The translations under genes and the position numbers were made by a program. From Longimicrobiales bacterium (GTDB lineage Bacteria > Gemmatimonadota > Gemmatimonadetes > Longimicrobiales > Gaopeijiaceae), in assembly GCA_963664435.2 (NCBI GenBank), contig CAXXKM010000001.1:1216001-1280000 (forward strand): a DNA stretch of 64,000 nt, read 5' to 3'. Numbering within the stretch: the first letter of the stretch is position 1; the number at the start of each line of letters is the position of its first letter. Below the pieces are notes generated by a model. It ran no database searches. It was given only the letters and a program-made list of their open reading frames with translations, and was not told the origin of the DNA. This document shows positions 45,491-55,612 of this stretch, piece after piece.

Positions 45491-48238
45491 ATGAGGAGAT
45501 TCGGGATGAGACACGCGACGACGGCGGCGGCGATGACGACGAGGGGATCCAACGCCCCGGAGACGGGAGGGTCCACGAGCCCGACCAATGGGCGCAGGCG
45601 CTTGACCACCAGGCTGGGCAAGGCCCCGGCGGCCAGGCTGCCCGCCGCGGCGAGCGGGCTGGCGGCGCTCGCGCTGGCGTTCTCCGCCATGGTGCTGACC
45701 GCGAGCCCGGCCGCCGCGCAGGACCGGCAGGGCGACGCCGGCGCGCTGCCCTCCATCGAAGAGAGGACCTCCTCCATGGAGCTAATGGACGGCTTCCTTC
45801 CCATGTACTGGGATGATGCGGGGGGCAGGATCTGGCTGGAGGTCGCGCAGTGGGACACCGACGTGCTGCACGCCTCCGGGATCGGGGCGGGCCTCGGGTC
45901 GAACGACATCGGCATCGACCGGGGCCAGCTGGCCGGCTCGCGCATTGTTCGCTTCCACCGCGTGGGTCCGAAGGTCCTGATGATCCAGCCCAACTACCGG
46001 TTCCGCGCGACCAGCGACAACGCCGCGGAGCGGAAGGCGGTGGAGGACGCCTTCGCGCCGTCGACGCTGTGGGGCTTCGAAGCCGCGGCCGAGACCGGTG
46101 ACCGCGCGCTGATCGACTTCACCCCCTTCCTGCTGCAGGACATCGCCGGCTTCGCAGGGCGCCTGCGGCCCGGCACCTACCGCCTCGATCAGAGCCGCAG
46201 CGCCGTGTACATGCCGATGGTGATGAACTTCCCGGAGAACACCGAGATGGAGGCGTCGCTGACCTTCGTGCGCCAGGACGGAGGCGTGGCCGGCGGCCGC
46301 TTCGGCGGCGGAGGCGGGGGCGGCTTCGAGGGGGTTGGAAACGTCGCGGCCAACGCCGGTGCGGCCACGGTGCGCATGCACCATTCCTTCATCCAGCTGC
46401 CCGAGCTGGGCGAATATACGCCTCGCGCGCACGACTCCCGCTCCGGTTACGGCGGCATGTCCTTCCAGGACTACTCCGCAGCGCTGGACGAGCCCATGAC
46501 CCAGCGCTTCATCCGCCGCCATAGGCTCGAAAAGCGGGATCCGAACGCGGCCATGAGCGAGCCCGTGGAGCCCATCGTCTACTACCTCGATCCCGGGACG
46601 CCGGAACCGGTGCGTTCCGCGCTGCTGGACGGGGCCCGGTGGTGGAACCAGGCCTTCGAGGCGGCGGGCTTCATCGACGCCTTCCGGGTGGAGATCCGGC
46701 CCGAGGACGTGAGCAGCCACGATGTGCGCTACAACGTCATCAACTGGGTGCACCGATCGACGCGGGGCTGGAGCACGGGCGGCTCGATCACCGATCCGCG
46801 CACCGGCGAGATCGTCAAGGGGAACGTGACGCTGGGCTCGCTGCGGGTGCGCCAGGACTACATGATCGCCGAGGGGCTGCTGGCGCCCTACGAGAACGGG
46901 GATGAGGACGCGCAGGATATCTCGGAGTGGGCGCTGGCGCGCATCCGGCAGCTGTCGGCGCACGAGGTGGGGCACACGCTGGGGCTGGGCCACAACTACT
47001 ACGACAGCGATATGGGACGCATCTCGGTGCTGGACTACCCCCATCCGCTGATCACCTGGGATGGCAGCGAGTTCGACTACTCGGAGGTGTACGACACCGA
47101 TATCGGCGAATGGGACAATGTAGCGATCCAGTACGGCTACTCCGTCTTCCCCCCGGGAGTGGACGAAGCGGCGGAGCTGGACCGGATTCTGGATGAGGCC
47201 TGGGAGCAGGACATCCGCTACTTCACCAACCAGGACGCGTCGGCGCACGCCCGCGTCGACCAGTGGTCGAACGGGACGGATGCGGGCGCAGAACTGGACC
47301 GCATGCTGGACGTGCGGCGCGCGGCCATGGAGCGCTTCGGCGAGCGCGCGATCCGCACGGGTACGCCGATGGCGCAGATGGAAGAGGTGCTGGTACCGCT
47401 CTACATGCACCATCGCTACCAGGTGACCGCGGCCGCTTCGGTGCTGGGCGGGCTGCACTACACCTATGCAACCCGGGGCGACGGGCTGGAGCCGGTGCGG
47501 CCGGCCTCGGCGAGCGAGCAGAAGCAGGCGCTCGACGCGCTGGTGCGGTCGGTGCTGCCGGCCGAACTGACCATCCCGGCGAGGGTCCTGGACCAGTTGC
47601 CGCCCCGTCCCGCCGGCTACGGCCGCAACCGCGAGCTCTTCCCGCGTTACACGGGATCGATGTTCGACGCCGTCTCGCCGGCGGTGGTGGCGAGCGCCCA
47701 CGTGGTGGGCGAGGTGCTGGAACCGAGCCGGGCGGCGCGGCTGCTGGAGCAGAACGCGCTCGACTCGTCGCTGCCGGGTCTTGGCGACGTGATCGGGGCG
47801 CTCACGGCGGTGGGCAACCCGGACCCGGCGGACTCGCCCTACGAGGCGGAGGTGCGGCGCGCGATCGGCCGGGTGGTCGCGGAAGGGCTGATGAGCCTGG
47901 CGGGTGGAGCCGCCATGCCGCAGGTAAGGGCGGTGGCGGCCCAGCATCTGGGATGGCTCGGCGACGCGTCCGAGACCCGGTCGATGGGCGACGACCACAA
48001 CGCCGCGCACTTCGCCCTGCTGGCCCGCGACATCCGGCGCTTCGAGGAACGGCCCCACGAGCCCTGGGCCCCGCTGGTGACGCCGGATGCGCCTCCCGGA
48101 GCACCCATCGGGACCGCGCCCACGAACTGGACCGGGTTCGGGACGGGACTGGGGGGCACGCTCGCGGCTCGGGCGGGGCTCGCGGACCTCACCTGGCTGG
48201 ACAAGCTGGTGCCGTTCTGCGCCTACGAGCAGTGGTGA
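45491..48238 (+). CDS. Secreted zinc metalloprotease (metzincin; DUF5117/DUF4953-type)
   Basis: HEVGHTLGLGHNY, SVLDYP, WNQAFEAAGF, DPRTGEI. Confidence 0.88.
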   Translation: MRRFGMRHATTAAAMTTRGSNAPETGGSTSPTNGRRRLTTRLGKAPAARLPAAASGLAALALAFSAMVLTASPAAAQDRQGDAGALPSIEERTSSMELMDGFLPMYWDDAGGRIWLEVAQWDTDVLHASGIGAGLGSNDIGIDRGQLAGSRIVRFHRVGPKVLMIQPNYRFRATSDNAAERKAVEDAFAPSTLWGFEAAAETGDRALIDFTPFLLQDIAGFAGRLRPGTYRLDQSRSAVYMPMVMNFPENTEMEASLTFVRQDGGVAGGRFGGGGGGGFEGVGNVAANAGAATVRMHHSFIQLPELGEYTPRAHDSRSGYGGMSFQDYSAALDEPMTQRFIRRHRLEKRDPNAAMSEPVEPIVYYLDPGTPEPVRSALLDGARWWNQAFEAAGFIDAFRVEIRPEDVSSHDVRYNVINWVHRSTRGWSTGGSITDPRTGEIVKGNVTLGSLRVRQDYMIAEGLLAPYENGDEDAQDISEWALARIRQLSAHEVGHTLGLGHNYYDSDMGRISVLDYPHPLITWDGSEFDYSEVYDTDIGEWDNVAIQYGYSVFPPGVDEAAELDRILDEAWEQDIRYFTNQDASAHARVDQWSNGTDAGAELDRMLDVRRAAMERFGERAIRTGTPMAQMEEVLVPLYMHHRYQVTAAASVLGGLHYTYATRGDGLEPVRPASASEQKQALDALVRSVLPAELTIPARVLDQLPPRPAGYGRNRELFPRYTGSMFDAVSPAVVASAHVVGEVLEPSRAARLLEQNALDSSLPGLGDVIGALTAVGNPDPADSPYEAEVRRAIGRVVAEGLMSLAGGAAMPQVRAVAAQHLGWLGDASETRSMGDDHNAAHFALLARDIRRFEERPHEPWAPLVTPDAPPGAPIGTAPTNWTGFGTGLGGTLAARAGLADLTWLDKLVPFCAYEQW

Positions 48239-48307
48239 GCGTCAGCCGGTACTGACGGGACCGACGGCGTCCCGGGGTCTGCCCGGGGCGCCGTCGGGCG
48301 GGTCGGC

Positions 48308-49600
48308 TCAGCGCAGGACGCGGAAGATACGGTCGGCGAGCGTCGTCATCAGCGGCGTGCCGACCGCCAGCAGGACGATCCCCGCGGTTTCCGCGGGCCG
48401 GGAGCCATTGCTCTTGCCCTCGATTACGAGGAGGTAGCCGGCCGTCGCCGCCATCGCGCTTCCGAGCGCGGCGGGGAGAAACCGTCCTCTGGAGCGGCTG
48501 GTCTGGCCGGCCCACCCGGCCGAGTAGCCTCCCGCCGCGCTGGGCAGGGCCAGCGCCAGCACGCCTGTGCCCGTCGTCAGGACGCCGGTGCAGCGCGGGC
48601 GCAGACCCCCGATGCCGGTATCGATATCGAGGCACTGGTTGGCCAGACCGAGACCGAGCGCCAGGCCGACCGCGTTCCCCACGAAGGAGCTGAGGAAGAC
48701 CCGCTCCCATCCGTAGCGCTCCTCCTCCAGAGACCAGTCGAAGCCGGTCGCCAGACGATCGGTGGCGGTTTCGCGTTGACGCTGCGGCCCGGTCTTGGTC
48801 TCCACCAGGAGGGCGCCTCCTCCCGCTGCCATGCCGAACCGGGTCGACGCCTGCAGGGGCGACAGCAACTCCACGCGCGCGATGTCCTCGAGGGGCATCG
48901 AGAAGTAGAGCAGCGACGGCACCGCCGCCCGGACCCCATCCACGTAGATGGATACGTCGTTACACCCGCCTTGCGCCGACGTGGAACGGTATTCGACGCA
49001 GGAGCCGGTTCGCCCCGAGCGGACGCGGAGGCCCGGCAGGTGCTGCGCGAGCACGTCGGACAGGCCGAGCCCGCGGCGGGCGGCTTCGCTGAGCTGCGCC
49101 GGCCCGACCTCGTTCATGGAATGGCCGGTGGAGATCCTCCTCTGCTCCAGCTCCGTGACCGCCTCCACGACGAGGGGCTCGAGTTCGATCGTGCGCGGTG
49201 CCAGGCGCACGTCGAGGCGGAGGTCCTCGCCCGGATTCACCGCGATCTCGTGCGACTGGTCGCCATAGGCGAGATGCTCCACCACCAGGATGTGCGCCCC
49301 CTCCGGGACCACCTCGAACCGGAACATTCCGGCTGCGTCGGTCACGGTGGAGATGCCGAGGTCCTGCAGGCGCACGACGACGTCGGCGATCGGCCGGGAG
49401 TTCTGGTGCTCCAGCACCCGTCCGGTCAGGGCTCCGCTTTGCTGGGAGACGGCCTCGGTTGCGGATAGCAGCGACAGGAGGCACAGCAGGGCCGCGCGGA
49501 ACGCCGCAGGAGCACATCTGGCGAGCGCGCGCCGCGCCGCAACCGAGGATCCCGAATGTGCGGCGGTTGGCGCCGGTCGGACCGGCCGGAGGGAAGTCAT
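48308..49600 (-). CDS. Carboxypeptidase-regulatory-like plus plug-like protein with C-terminal hydrophobic helices
   Basis: GRVLE..PIADVVVRL..TVTDAAGMFRF; IYVDGV..DIARVELL..RFG..GGALLVETK; no beta-barrel. Confidence 0.7.
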   Translation of the reverse strand: MTSLRPVRPAPTAAHSGSSVAARRALARCAPAAFRAALLCLLSLLSATEAVSQQSGALTGRVLEHQNSRPIADVVVRLQDLGISTVTDAAGMFRFEVVPEGAHILVVEHLAYGDQSHEIAVNPGEDLRLDVRLAPRTIELEPLVVEAVTELEQRRISTGHSMNEVGPAQLSEAARRGLGLSDVLAQHLPGLRVRSGRTGSCVEYRSTSAQGGCNDVSIYVDGVRAAVPSLLYFSMPLEDIARVELLSPLQASTRFGMAAGGGALLVETKTGPQRQRETATDRLATGFDWSLEEERYGWERVFLSSFVGNAVGLALGLGLANQCLDIDTGIGGLRPRCTGVLTTGTGVLALALPSAAGGYSAGWAGQTSRSRGRFLPAALGSAMAATAGYLLVIEGKSNGSRPAETAGIVLLAVGTPLMTTLADRIFRVLR

Positions 49601-49716
49601 GCGCGAGCCTGTCGGGGAAAAGCGTGCCAAGTCGAAATACCCTGAGCCGATCCGGCGCGTTCCGATACGGCTGGGCCCGGGATCTCTCCGAAGCTAGCGC
49701 GGGCGCACCCCCGAAG

Positions 49717-51138
49717 CTAACGCCGAGGGGCCGACGAGGGCCCTATGTCCACCCGGATGTCGCGCCACTTTCCCTGACGATAACGCGCAACGCTCAGCAG
49801 GCAGCGGGCGGCGTGCCCCAGCAGAATCGCGATCCAGACGTCGGCGGGTTCGAGCCCGCGCAGCTGCTGGAGGATCGCCAGAAGGCCGAGGGGGATCACC
49901 ACCTGGGAGATGATGGAGATGAACAGCGGGCTGCGTGTGTCGCCGCTCCCCTGCAGTCCGCCGGTGTATGTGAGCGCGACGGTCACGAAGAGCCCGGACG
50001 CGCTCAGGAAGCTCAGGAGCTGGATTCCCAGGCCGACCACCACGGGATCCTCCATGCCGAAGACGGCAAGCAGGGCATCGGGAATCAGCACGAACATGGC
50101 TCCCACGGCCAGCGCGACCAGCAGGCCGATGCGCGAAGACACCCTCACTCCGTGGATGGCCCGTTCGGGACGGCCCGCGCCCAGATTCTGCCCCGCCACC
50201 GCCGCGGTCGCGCCCATGAGCCCGATGGATGTCCACGTGATCAAAGAGAAGAGCTGGACGTATCCCACGGCATAGGCGGCCTGCGCCTCCGCGCTCAGGG
50301 CGAGGGAGCCGATGAAGCGCAGCAGCAGCACGCCGGCGATGTTCATGACCACACCCTGGACGCCCGCGGGAAGTCCGAAACGGAAGAGCTGGCGAATGAT
50401 GCGCCAGTCGGGCGCGAGCGACATGCCTCGTTCGAAGGCGACCACGTGCCGCCGCGAGAGGAGCAGCCAGAGCACGACCCCGCTGATGATCGCGCCGGAT
50501 ATCACCGTGGCCATCGCCGCCCCGGCGGTGCCGAAAGAGGGGATCGGCCCCAGCCCGCGGATCAGGATCACGCACAGCGTGATGTTGAGCGAGGTCAGGC
50601 CCACGCCCAGCCGAAGCGGGGTGCGGGCGTCTCCGGCCGCGCGGAACGCTCCTCCGGCCATGAAGAACATCATCATGCCGAAGCTGAAGACGAAGAGGAT
50701 GCGCAGGTACGGGAGGGCTTCCGCCTGGACTTCCGGAGTCGCGCCCACCAGTCCCACCAGGGAAGGGGCCAGGAAGTACCCGAGAGGCGCGACGATCCCG
50801 ATCGAGAGAGCCGCTGCCGTCAGGAAGGCCTGGTAGACGGTGCGGTTGACCTTCTCCTTTTCGCCCGCCCCGGCGAAGCGGGCCACCAGGATGCCCATCC
50901 CGGTGAAGAGCGAAGAGATGAAGACGATGACGACGAGGTAGATCTGCGACGATATGCCGATGGCGGCGTTGCCGGCGTAGCCGACGTAGTTGCCCACCAT
51001 GACGTGTCCGACCAGGCCCTGCATGCCGGCGATCACGTTCTGCAGCATGGTCGGCCAGGCCAGCTTCCAGACGGCTCGCGGGACCGGCCCTTCTACAATG
51101 CTGCGGTCGAAGGGGCGTCCGCCGGGCCGCCGGGGCAT
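49717..51138 (-). CDS. MATE family efflux transporter
   Basis: KLAWP, about 12 hydrophobic segments, AGDARTPL, GTAGAAMAT, GQNLGAG, GSGDTRSP. Confidence 0.9.
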   Translation of the reverse strand: MPRRPGGRPFDRSIVEGPVPRAVWKLAWPTMLQNVIAGMQGLVGHVMVGNYVGYAGNAAIGISSQIYLVVIVFISSLFTGMGILVARFAGAGEKEKVNRTVYQAFLTAAALSIGIVAPLGYFLAPSLVGLVGATPEVQAEALPYLRILFVFSFGMMMFFMAGGAFRAAGDARTPLRLGVGLTSLNITLCVILIRGLGPIPSFGTAGAAMATVISGAIISGVVLWLLLSRRHVVAFERGMSLAPDWRIIRQLFRFGLPAGVQGVVMNIAGVLLLRFIGSLALSAEAQAAYAVGYVQLFSLITWTSIGLMGATAAVAGQNLGAGRPERAIHGVRVSSRIGLLVALAVGAMFVLIPDALLAVFGMEDPVVVGLGIQLLSFLSASGLFVTVALTYTGGLQGSGDTRSPLFISIISQVVIPLGLLAILQQLRGLEPADVWIAILLGHAARCLLSVARYRQGKWRDIRVDIGPSSAPRR

Positions 51139-51160
51139 GGGCTGACCGACCCCGCCGGGA

Positions 51161-51916
51161 TCAGGACTGCGCGCGTTTTCCGCGGACGACGCGAAGGAGT
51201 TTCGCCAGCGGGTCGTACGCCCTGTCCACGACGCGCTCCTTCAGGGGGATGATGGCGTTGTCGGTGATGGTGATGCTCTCCGGACACACCTTGGTACAGC
51301 ACTTGGTGATGTTGCAGTAGCCCACGCCCTGATCCTTGCGCAGCGTCTCGAGCCGGTCCCCGGTGTCGAGCGGGTGCATCTCGAGCGCGGCCACATGCAC
51401 CATGTAGCGGGGGCCGATGAACTCCTCGTGCAGGTGGTGGTCCCTCAGCACGTGACAAACGTCCTGGCACAGGAAGCACTCGATGCACTTGCGGAACTCC
51501 ATCACCCGGTCGACGTCCTCCTGGAAGATCTCCCAGGTGCCGTCCTCATGGTCGGGCTCGCGGGGCTGGAAGGCGGCGATGTTCTCCTTGACGCGGTAGT
51601 TCCAGGAGACGTCGGTGACCAGGTCGCGCACCAGCGGAAAGGCCTTCATCGGCTCGATGGTGACCGGCTCGTCCATGGGAAGGTCGCTCAGGCGGGTCAT
51701 GCACATGAGTTTGGGCATGCCGTTCACCTCCGCGGAACACGACCCGCAGCGGCCCGCCTTGCAGTTCCAGCGCACCGCCAGGTCGTTCGCCTGCTCGGCC
51801 TGGATCCTGTGGACGGCGTCGAGCACCACCATCCCCGTGGTGGTCTCGATCGTGTAGTCCTGGAATCCCCCGGTCTCCCCGTCCCCTCTCCAGACCCTGA
51901 ACGTGCTCTCGGCCAT
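51161..51916 (-). CDS. sdhB: Succinate dehydrogenase/fumarate reductase Fe-S subunit
   Basis: NCKAGRCGSC, CIECFLCQDVC, CNITKCCTKVCP; TAATG coupling to sdhA. Confidence 0.92.
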   Translation of the reverse strand: MAESTFRVWRGDGETGGFQDYTIETTTGMVVLDAVHRIQAEQANDLAVRWNCKAGRCGSCSAEVNGMPKLMCMTRLSDLPMDEPVTIEPMKAFPLVRDLVTDVSWNYRVKENIAAFQPREPDHEDGTWEIFQEDVDRVMEFRKCIECFLCQDVCHVLRDHHLHEEFIGPRYMVHVAALEMHPLDTGDRLETLRKDQGVGYCNITKCCTKVCPESITITDNAIIPLKERVVDRAYDPLAKLLRVVRGKRAQS

Positions 51917-53727
51917 TATCCCTGTTCCTCGATGATTCGGCGCAGCCGCCCGGGCAGCTCGCGGACCGGTTCCCTGCGACTCTTCATGTTCCCGTCCGCA
52001 CCCTTCCACAACACGAGGTTGTAGCGGCCCCAGTCAGGATCCTTCGCCGGGTAGTCGACCCGGGAATGAGCGCCCCGGCTCTCCCTGCGTCCGATCGCGG
52101 CACGGGCGGCGGCTTCCGAGACGGCCAGCAGGTTGTCGAGATCGAGGGCCGTGTGCCAGCCGGGGTTGTATTCCCGGTTGCCCGTCACGGCGACGTTCGC
52201 AGCCCGCTCCCTGAGCGCCTCGATGTCCTCGAGAGCCGACGCCAGGTCGTCCTCGGTGCGCACGATCCCGACCTTGTCCTGCATGAGCTTCTGGAGGTCT
52301 TCCTGTACCTGATAGGGGCCCTCTCCGCCGTCGTTGCCGAACGGGGCCAGGGAATGGCGTTCGGCCTCCGCGACCTGCCACTCGTCGAGCGACGGGGCGG
52401 CGTTCTCGACGGCGAAACGGGCCGCGTACTCGCCGGCCCGCTTGCCGAAGACCAGCAGGTCGGAGAGGGAGTTGCCGCCCAGGCGGTTGGCGCCGTGCAG
52501 CCCCGCCGCGCACTCCCCGGCGGCGAACAGGCCCGGCACGTTGGACATCTGGGTATCCGCGTCCACCCGCACGCCGCCCATCACGTAGTGGGTGGTGGGT
52601 CCGACCTCCATGGGCTCCTTCGTGATATCGATGTCCGCCAGGGCCTTGAACTGGTGGTACATCCCCGGGAGCTTCCGGCGGATGTGGGCCGGGGCATCGG
52701 AGATCTTCTCCGCGATCCAGGCGATGTCGAGGAACGCTCCGCCGTGCGGACTGCCGCGGCCCTCCTTGACCTCGCGCACGATGCAGCGGGCGACGTGGTC
52801 GCGGGTCAGCAGCTCCGGGGGCCGGCGCGCGTCGCGGTCGCCGATGACGTAGCGCCACCCCTCCTCGGGGGAGTCGGCGGTCTGGTCCTTGTAGAGGTCC
52901 GGGATGTCGTCGAACATGAACCGGCGCCCCTCGGAGTTGCGCAGCACGCCCCCTTCCCCGCGCACCCCCTCGGTGACCAGGATGCCGCGCACGCTCGGGG
53001 GCCAGACCATGCCCGTCGGATGGAACTGGACGAACTCCATGTCCACCAGTTCCGCCCCGGCCTCGTAGGCGAGGGCGTGCCCGTCCCCGGTGTATTCCCA
53101 GCTGTTGGAGGTGATCTGGTAGGCCTTGCCGATCCCCCCGGTGGCCAGCACCACGGCCTTCGCCTCGAAGACCTGGAAACGCCCCCGCTCGCGGTCGTAG
53201 GCGAAGGCGCCCGCCACCCGGTCGCCGTCCAGGAGCAGCCGCGTCACGGTGCACTCCATGAAGACGTCCATGCCCTGGTGGATGCCGTGGTCCTGCAGGG
53301 TGCGGATCATCTCCAGGCCGGTGCGGTCGCCAACGTGGGCGAGGCGCGGGTAGGCGTGGCCGCCGAAGTTGCGCTGCAGGATGCGCCCGTCCGGGGTGCG
53401 GTCCATGAGGGCTCCCCAGGCCTCAAGCTCCCTGACGCGATCTGGAGACTCCTGGGCGTGCAGCTCGGCCATGCGCCAGTCGTTCAGGTACTGGCCGCCA
53501 CGCATGGTGTCGGCGAAGTGCACCTCCCAGCTGTCGCGCTCGTCGACGTTGGAGAGCGCGGCCGCCACCCCGCCTTCGGCCATGACGGTGTGCGCCTTGC
53601 CGAGCAGAGACTTGCACACCAGCCCCACCGAAGCGCCCGCGGCGGCGGCTTCGATGGCCGCCCGCAGCCCCGCGCCTCCGGCGCCGATGACCAGGACGTC
53701 GTGTTGGTGCCGCTCGAACTCGGCCAT
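51916..53727 (-). CDS. sdhA: Succinate dehydrogenase/fumarate reductase flavoprotein subunit
   Basis: GAGGAG, AHTVMAEGG, QFHPTG, TEGVRGEG, HYVMGG, HGANRLGGNSL, ESRGAH. Confidence 0.93.
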   Translation of the reverse strand: MAEFERHQHDVLVIGAGGAGLRAAIEAAAAGASVGLVCKSLLGKAHTVMAEGGVAAALSNVDERDSWEVHFADTMRGGQYLNDWRMAELHAQESPDRVRELEAWGALMDRTPDGRILQRNFGGHAYPRLAHVGDRTGLEMIRTLQDHGIHQGMDVFMECTVTRLLLDGDRVAGAFAYDRERGRFQVFEAKAVVLATGGIGKAYQITSNSWEYTGDGHALAYEAGAELVDMEFVQFHPTGMVWPPSVRGILVTEGVRGEGGVLRNSEGRRFMFDDIPDLYKDQTADSPEEGWRYVIGDRDARRPPELLTRDHVARCIVREVKEGRGSPHGGAFLDIAWIAEKISDAPAHIRRKLPGMYHQFKALADIDITKEPMEVGPTTHYVMGGVRVDADTQMSNVPGLFAAGECAAGLHGANRLGGNSLSDLLVFGKRAGEYAARFAVENAAPSLDEWQVAEAERHSLAPFGNDGGEGPYQVQEDLQKLMQDKVGIVRTEDDLASALEDIEALRERAANVAVTGNREYNPGWHTALDLDNLLAVSEAAARAAIGRRESRGAHSRVDYPAKDPDWGRYNLVLWKGADGNMKSRREPVRELPGRLRRIIEEQG

Positions 53728-54566
53728 CAGAGGATCCTCCAGTCGGTCCAGATGCCCATGGAGCAGAGGCGCACGTAGACGTCCGTGAAGCCTACCCAGA
53801 CCAAGCTCAGCCAGGCCCACAGCATGTGGCGCCGGTTGAAGCAGCTCACACACTTGTGCGCCTGCTGGCGCACAGGCTTCGCGGAGAGCTTGTCCAGTCC
53901 ACCACCGACCAGGTGGCGCAGCGAATGGCACCCAAAGACGTAGCCGGCCAGCAGCACGACATTGATCGCCAGAACCAGCGATCCGATCCCGACGCCGAAC
54001 GATTCGCCACCGCCGGGCGCCTCAAACCAGAAGCCCTTCCAGGCGTCGTAGGAGAGGATCACGATGAAGATGAGAGCGACGTAGAGGAAGTAGCGGTGGA
54101 TGTTCTGCACGATGAGCGGGAAAGAGTTCTCGCCCAGGTAAGCCTTCCGCGGCTCTCCGACGGCACACGAGGGCGGGTCGGCCCAGAAGGCCTTGTAGTA
54201 GGCGCCCCGGTAGTAGTAGCAGGTCAGGCGGAAGCCGAGCGGGGCCCACAGGATGAGGTAGGCGGGGGACCAGGGGAGCCATCCCAGCCACGACTCCTCC
54301 CACCAGGCCGGGCGCGGCCCCAGCCACGCGTGGTGGGAGTCGCCGAAGAGCTCCGGCGAGTAGTAGGGCGAAAGGTAGTTGCCGAAGGAATAGAATTCGC
54401 CCTGGAAGACCGCCCAGGTTGTGTAGACAATGAACGTGCTGAAGACGAGAAAAACGGCCAGCGGCTCCGCCCACCACCTGTCTCGGCGCATGGTGCGCCC
54501 GAACCGGTTGCGGGCGGGAACGGAGGTCGGGGTCCGGACCGGAAGCGAGGTCGTGCCTGACGCCAT
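53727..54566 (-). CDS. Sdh1-type (Rv0249c-like) membrane anchor
   Basis: AGGAGG RBS, TGATG coupling, YLSPYYSP, FRLTCYYYRGAYY, QNIHRY, GCHSLRH. Confidence 0.82.
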   Translation of the reverse strand: MASGTTSLPVRTPTSVPARNRFGRTMRRDRWWAEPLAVFLVFSTFIVYTTWAVFQGEFYSFGNYLSPYYSPELFGDSHHAWLGPRPAWWEESWLGWLPWSPAYLILWAPLGFRLTCYYYRGAYYKAFWADPPSCAVGEPRKAYLGENSFPLIVQNIHRYFLYVALIFIVILSYDAWKGFWFEAPGGGESFGVGIGSLVLAINVVLLAGYVFGCHSLRHLVGGGLDKLSAKPVRQQAHKCVSCFNRRHMLWAWLSLVWVGFTDVYVRLCSMGIWTDWRIL

Positions 54567-54839
54567 TCCTATCCTCCTGCGAGCGCCCGTGGGGCGCTTC
54601 TGTAAGATCGTGGGCGGACCTGCCGGTCCTCCGTGCGGGGCTCGCCCGTCCGCCTGCCGGGGCACTCCCGCCGGAATCCGGAGCGCCCGGCGTGCAGAAG
54701 AATATCCCCGGGGCGCGCATTCGCCAATACGGGTCGAGGGGACGCGGGGACCGACAGGAGAACGCGCCGGGTCGCGAGACGAGAGCCCGAGGGGCCACGC
54801 CATGCGGGTGGCCGGGCCGCCGGATGAGGGCGCGGGACG

Positions 54840-55550
54840 CTACTTCGGCGACGGGCGTGGCCCGGCGGGGCCCCCGATTGCGCAGGCCCGGCGCCAGACG
54901 GCGTCGAACATCTCGGGCGTGAGCTTGCCGGTGAAGGTGTTCTGCTGGGAGGGATGGTAGGAGGCCAGTACGGTCAGCCGGATGGGCACCTCCGCCGCGT
55001 GGCCGAAGCGGGGCATGGGTCTGGGAAGCGTCTCGCCCCGGTCGCGCAGCAGCCGCAGCACCACCGAGAAGGCGAAGGCGCCGAGCGCGACGACCACGCG
55101 CAGGTTGGGCAGAAGATCCCATTCGCGCTCCAGGAAGGGCCGGCAGGCGTCGCGCTCCCTGGTTGTCGGCCGGTTCTTCGGCGGGGCGCAACGGACCGCG
55201 GCCGTGATCCAGGCGCCGTTGAGGGTGAGCCCGTCGCTGCGCGACGTCGAGTCCGGCTGCGAGGAAAGACCCGCCCGGTGGAGCGCGCCGTAGAGCAGAT
55301 TGCCGGAGGCATCGCCGGTGAACATGCGGCCGGTACGGTTGGAGCCGTGTGCGCCCGGCGCGAGCCCCACGATCACCAGCCAGGCGGCGGGGTCTCCGAA
55401 TCCGGGCACCGGCCGCCCCCAGTACTCCTCCGTCGCGTAGGCGGCCCGCTTCGTACGCGCGACCTGCTCGCGCCACTCGACCAGCCGCGGGCAGCGGCGG
55501 CAGGCGCTCACTTCGGTGGCGAGGGCGGTGAGGGGATGGGTGGGGGTCAC
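54840..55550 (-). CDS. udgB: Uracil-DNA glycosylase, family 5
   Basis: CRRCPRL, GLAPGAHGSNRTGRMFTGD, RCAPP, YHPSQQNT. Confidence 0.88.
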   Translation of the reverse strand: MTPTHPLTALATEVSACRRCPRLVEWREQVARTKRAAYATEEYWGRPVPGFGDPAAWLVIVGLAPGAHGSNRTGRMFTGDASGNLLYGALHRAGLSSQPDSTSRSDGLTLNGAWITAAVRCAPPKNRPTTRERDACRPFLEREWDLLPNLRVVVALGAFAFSVVLRLLRDRGETLPRPMPRFGHAAEVPIRLTVLASYHPSQQNTFTGKLTPEMFDAVWRRACAIGGPAGPRPSPK

Positions 55551-55612
55551 TGTCGGGGGCCGGGACGGTCAGTCGGGGAAGCGGGCGGCGCGGTCATTGC
55601 GGGCGGGGGAAC

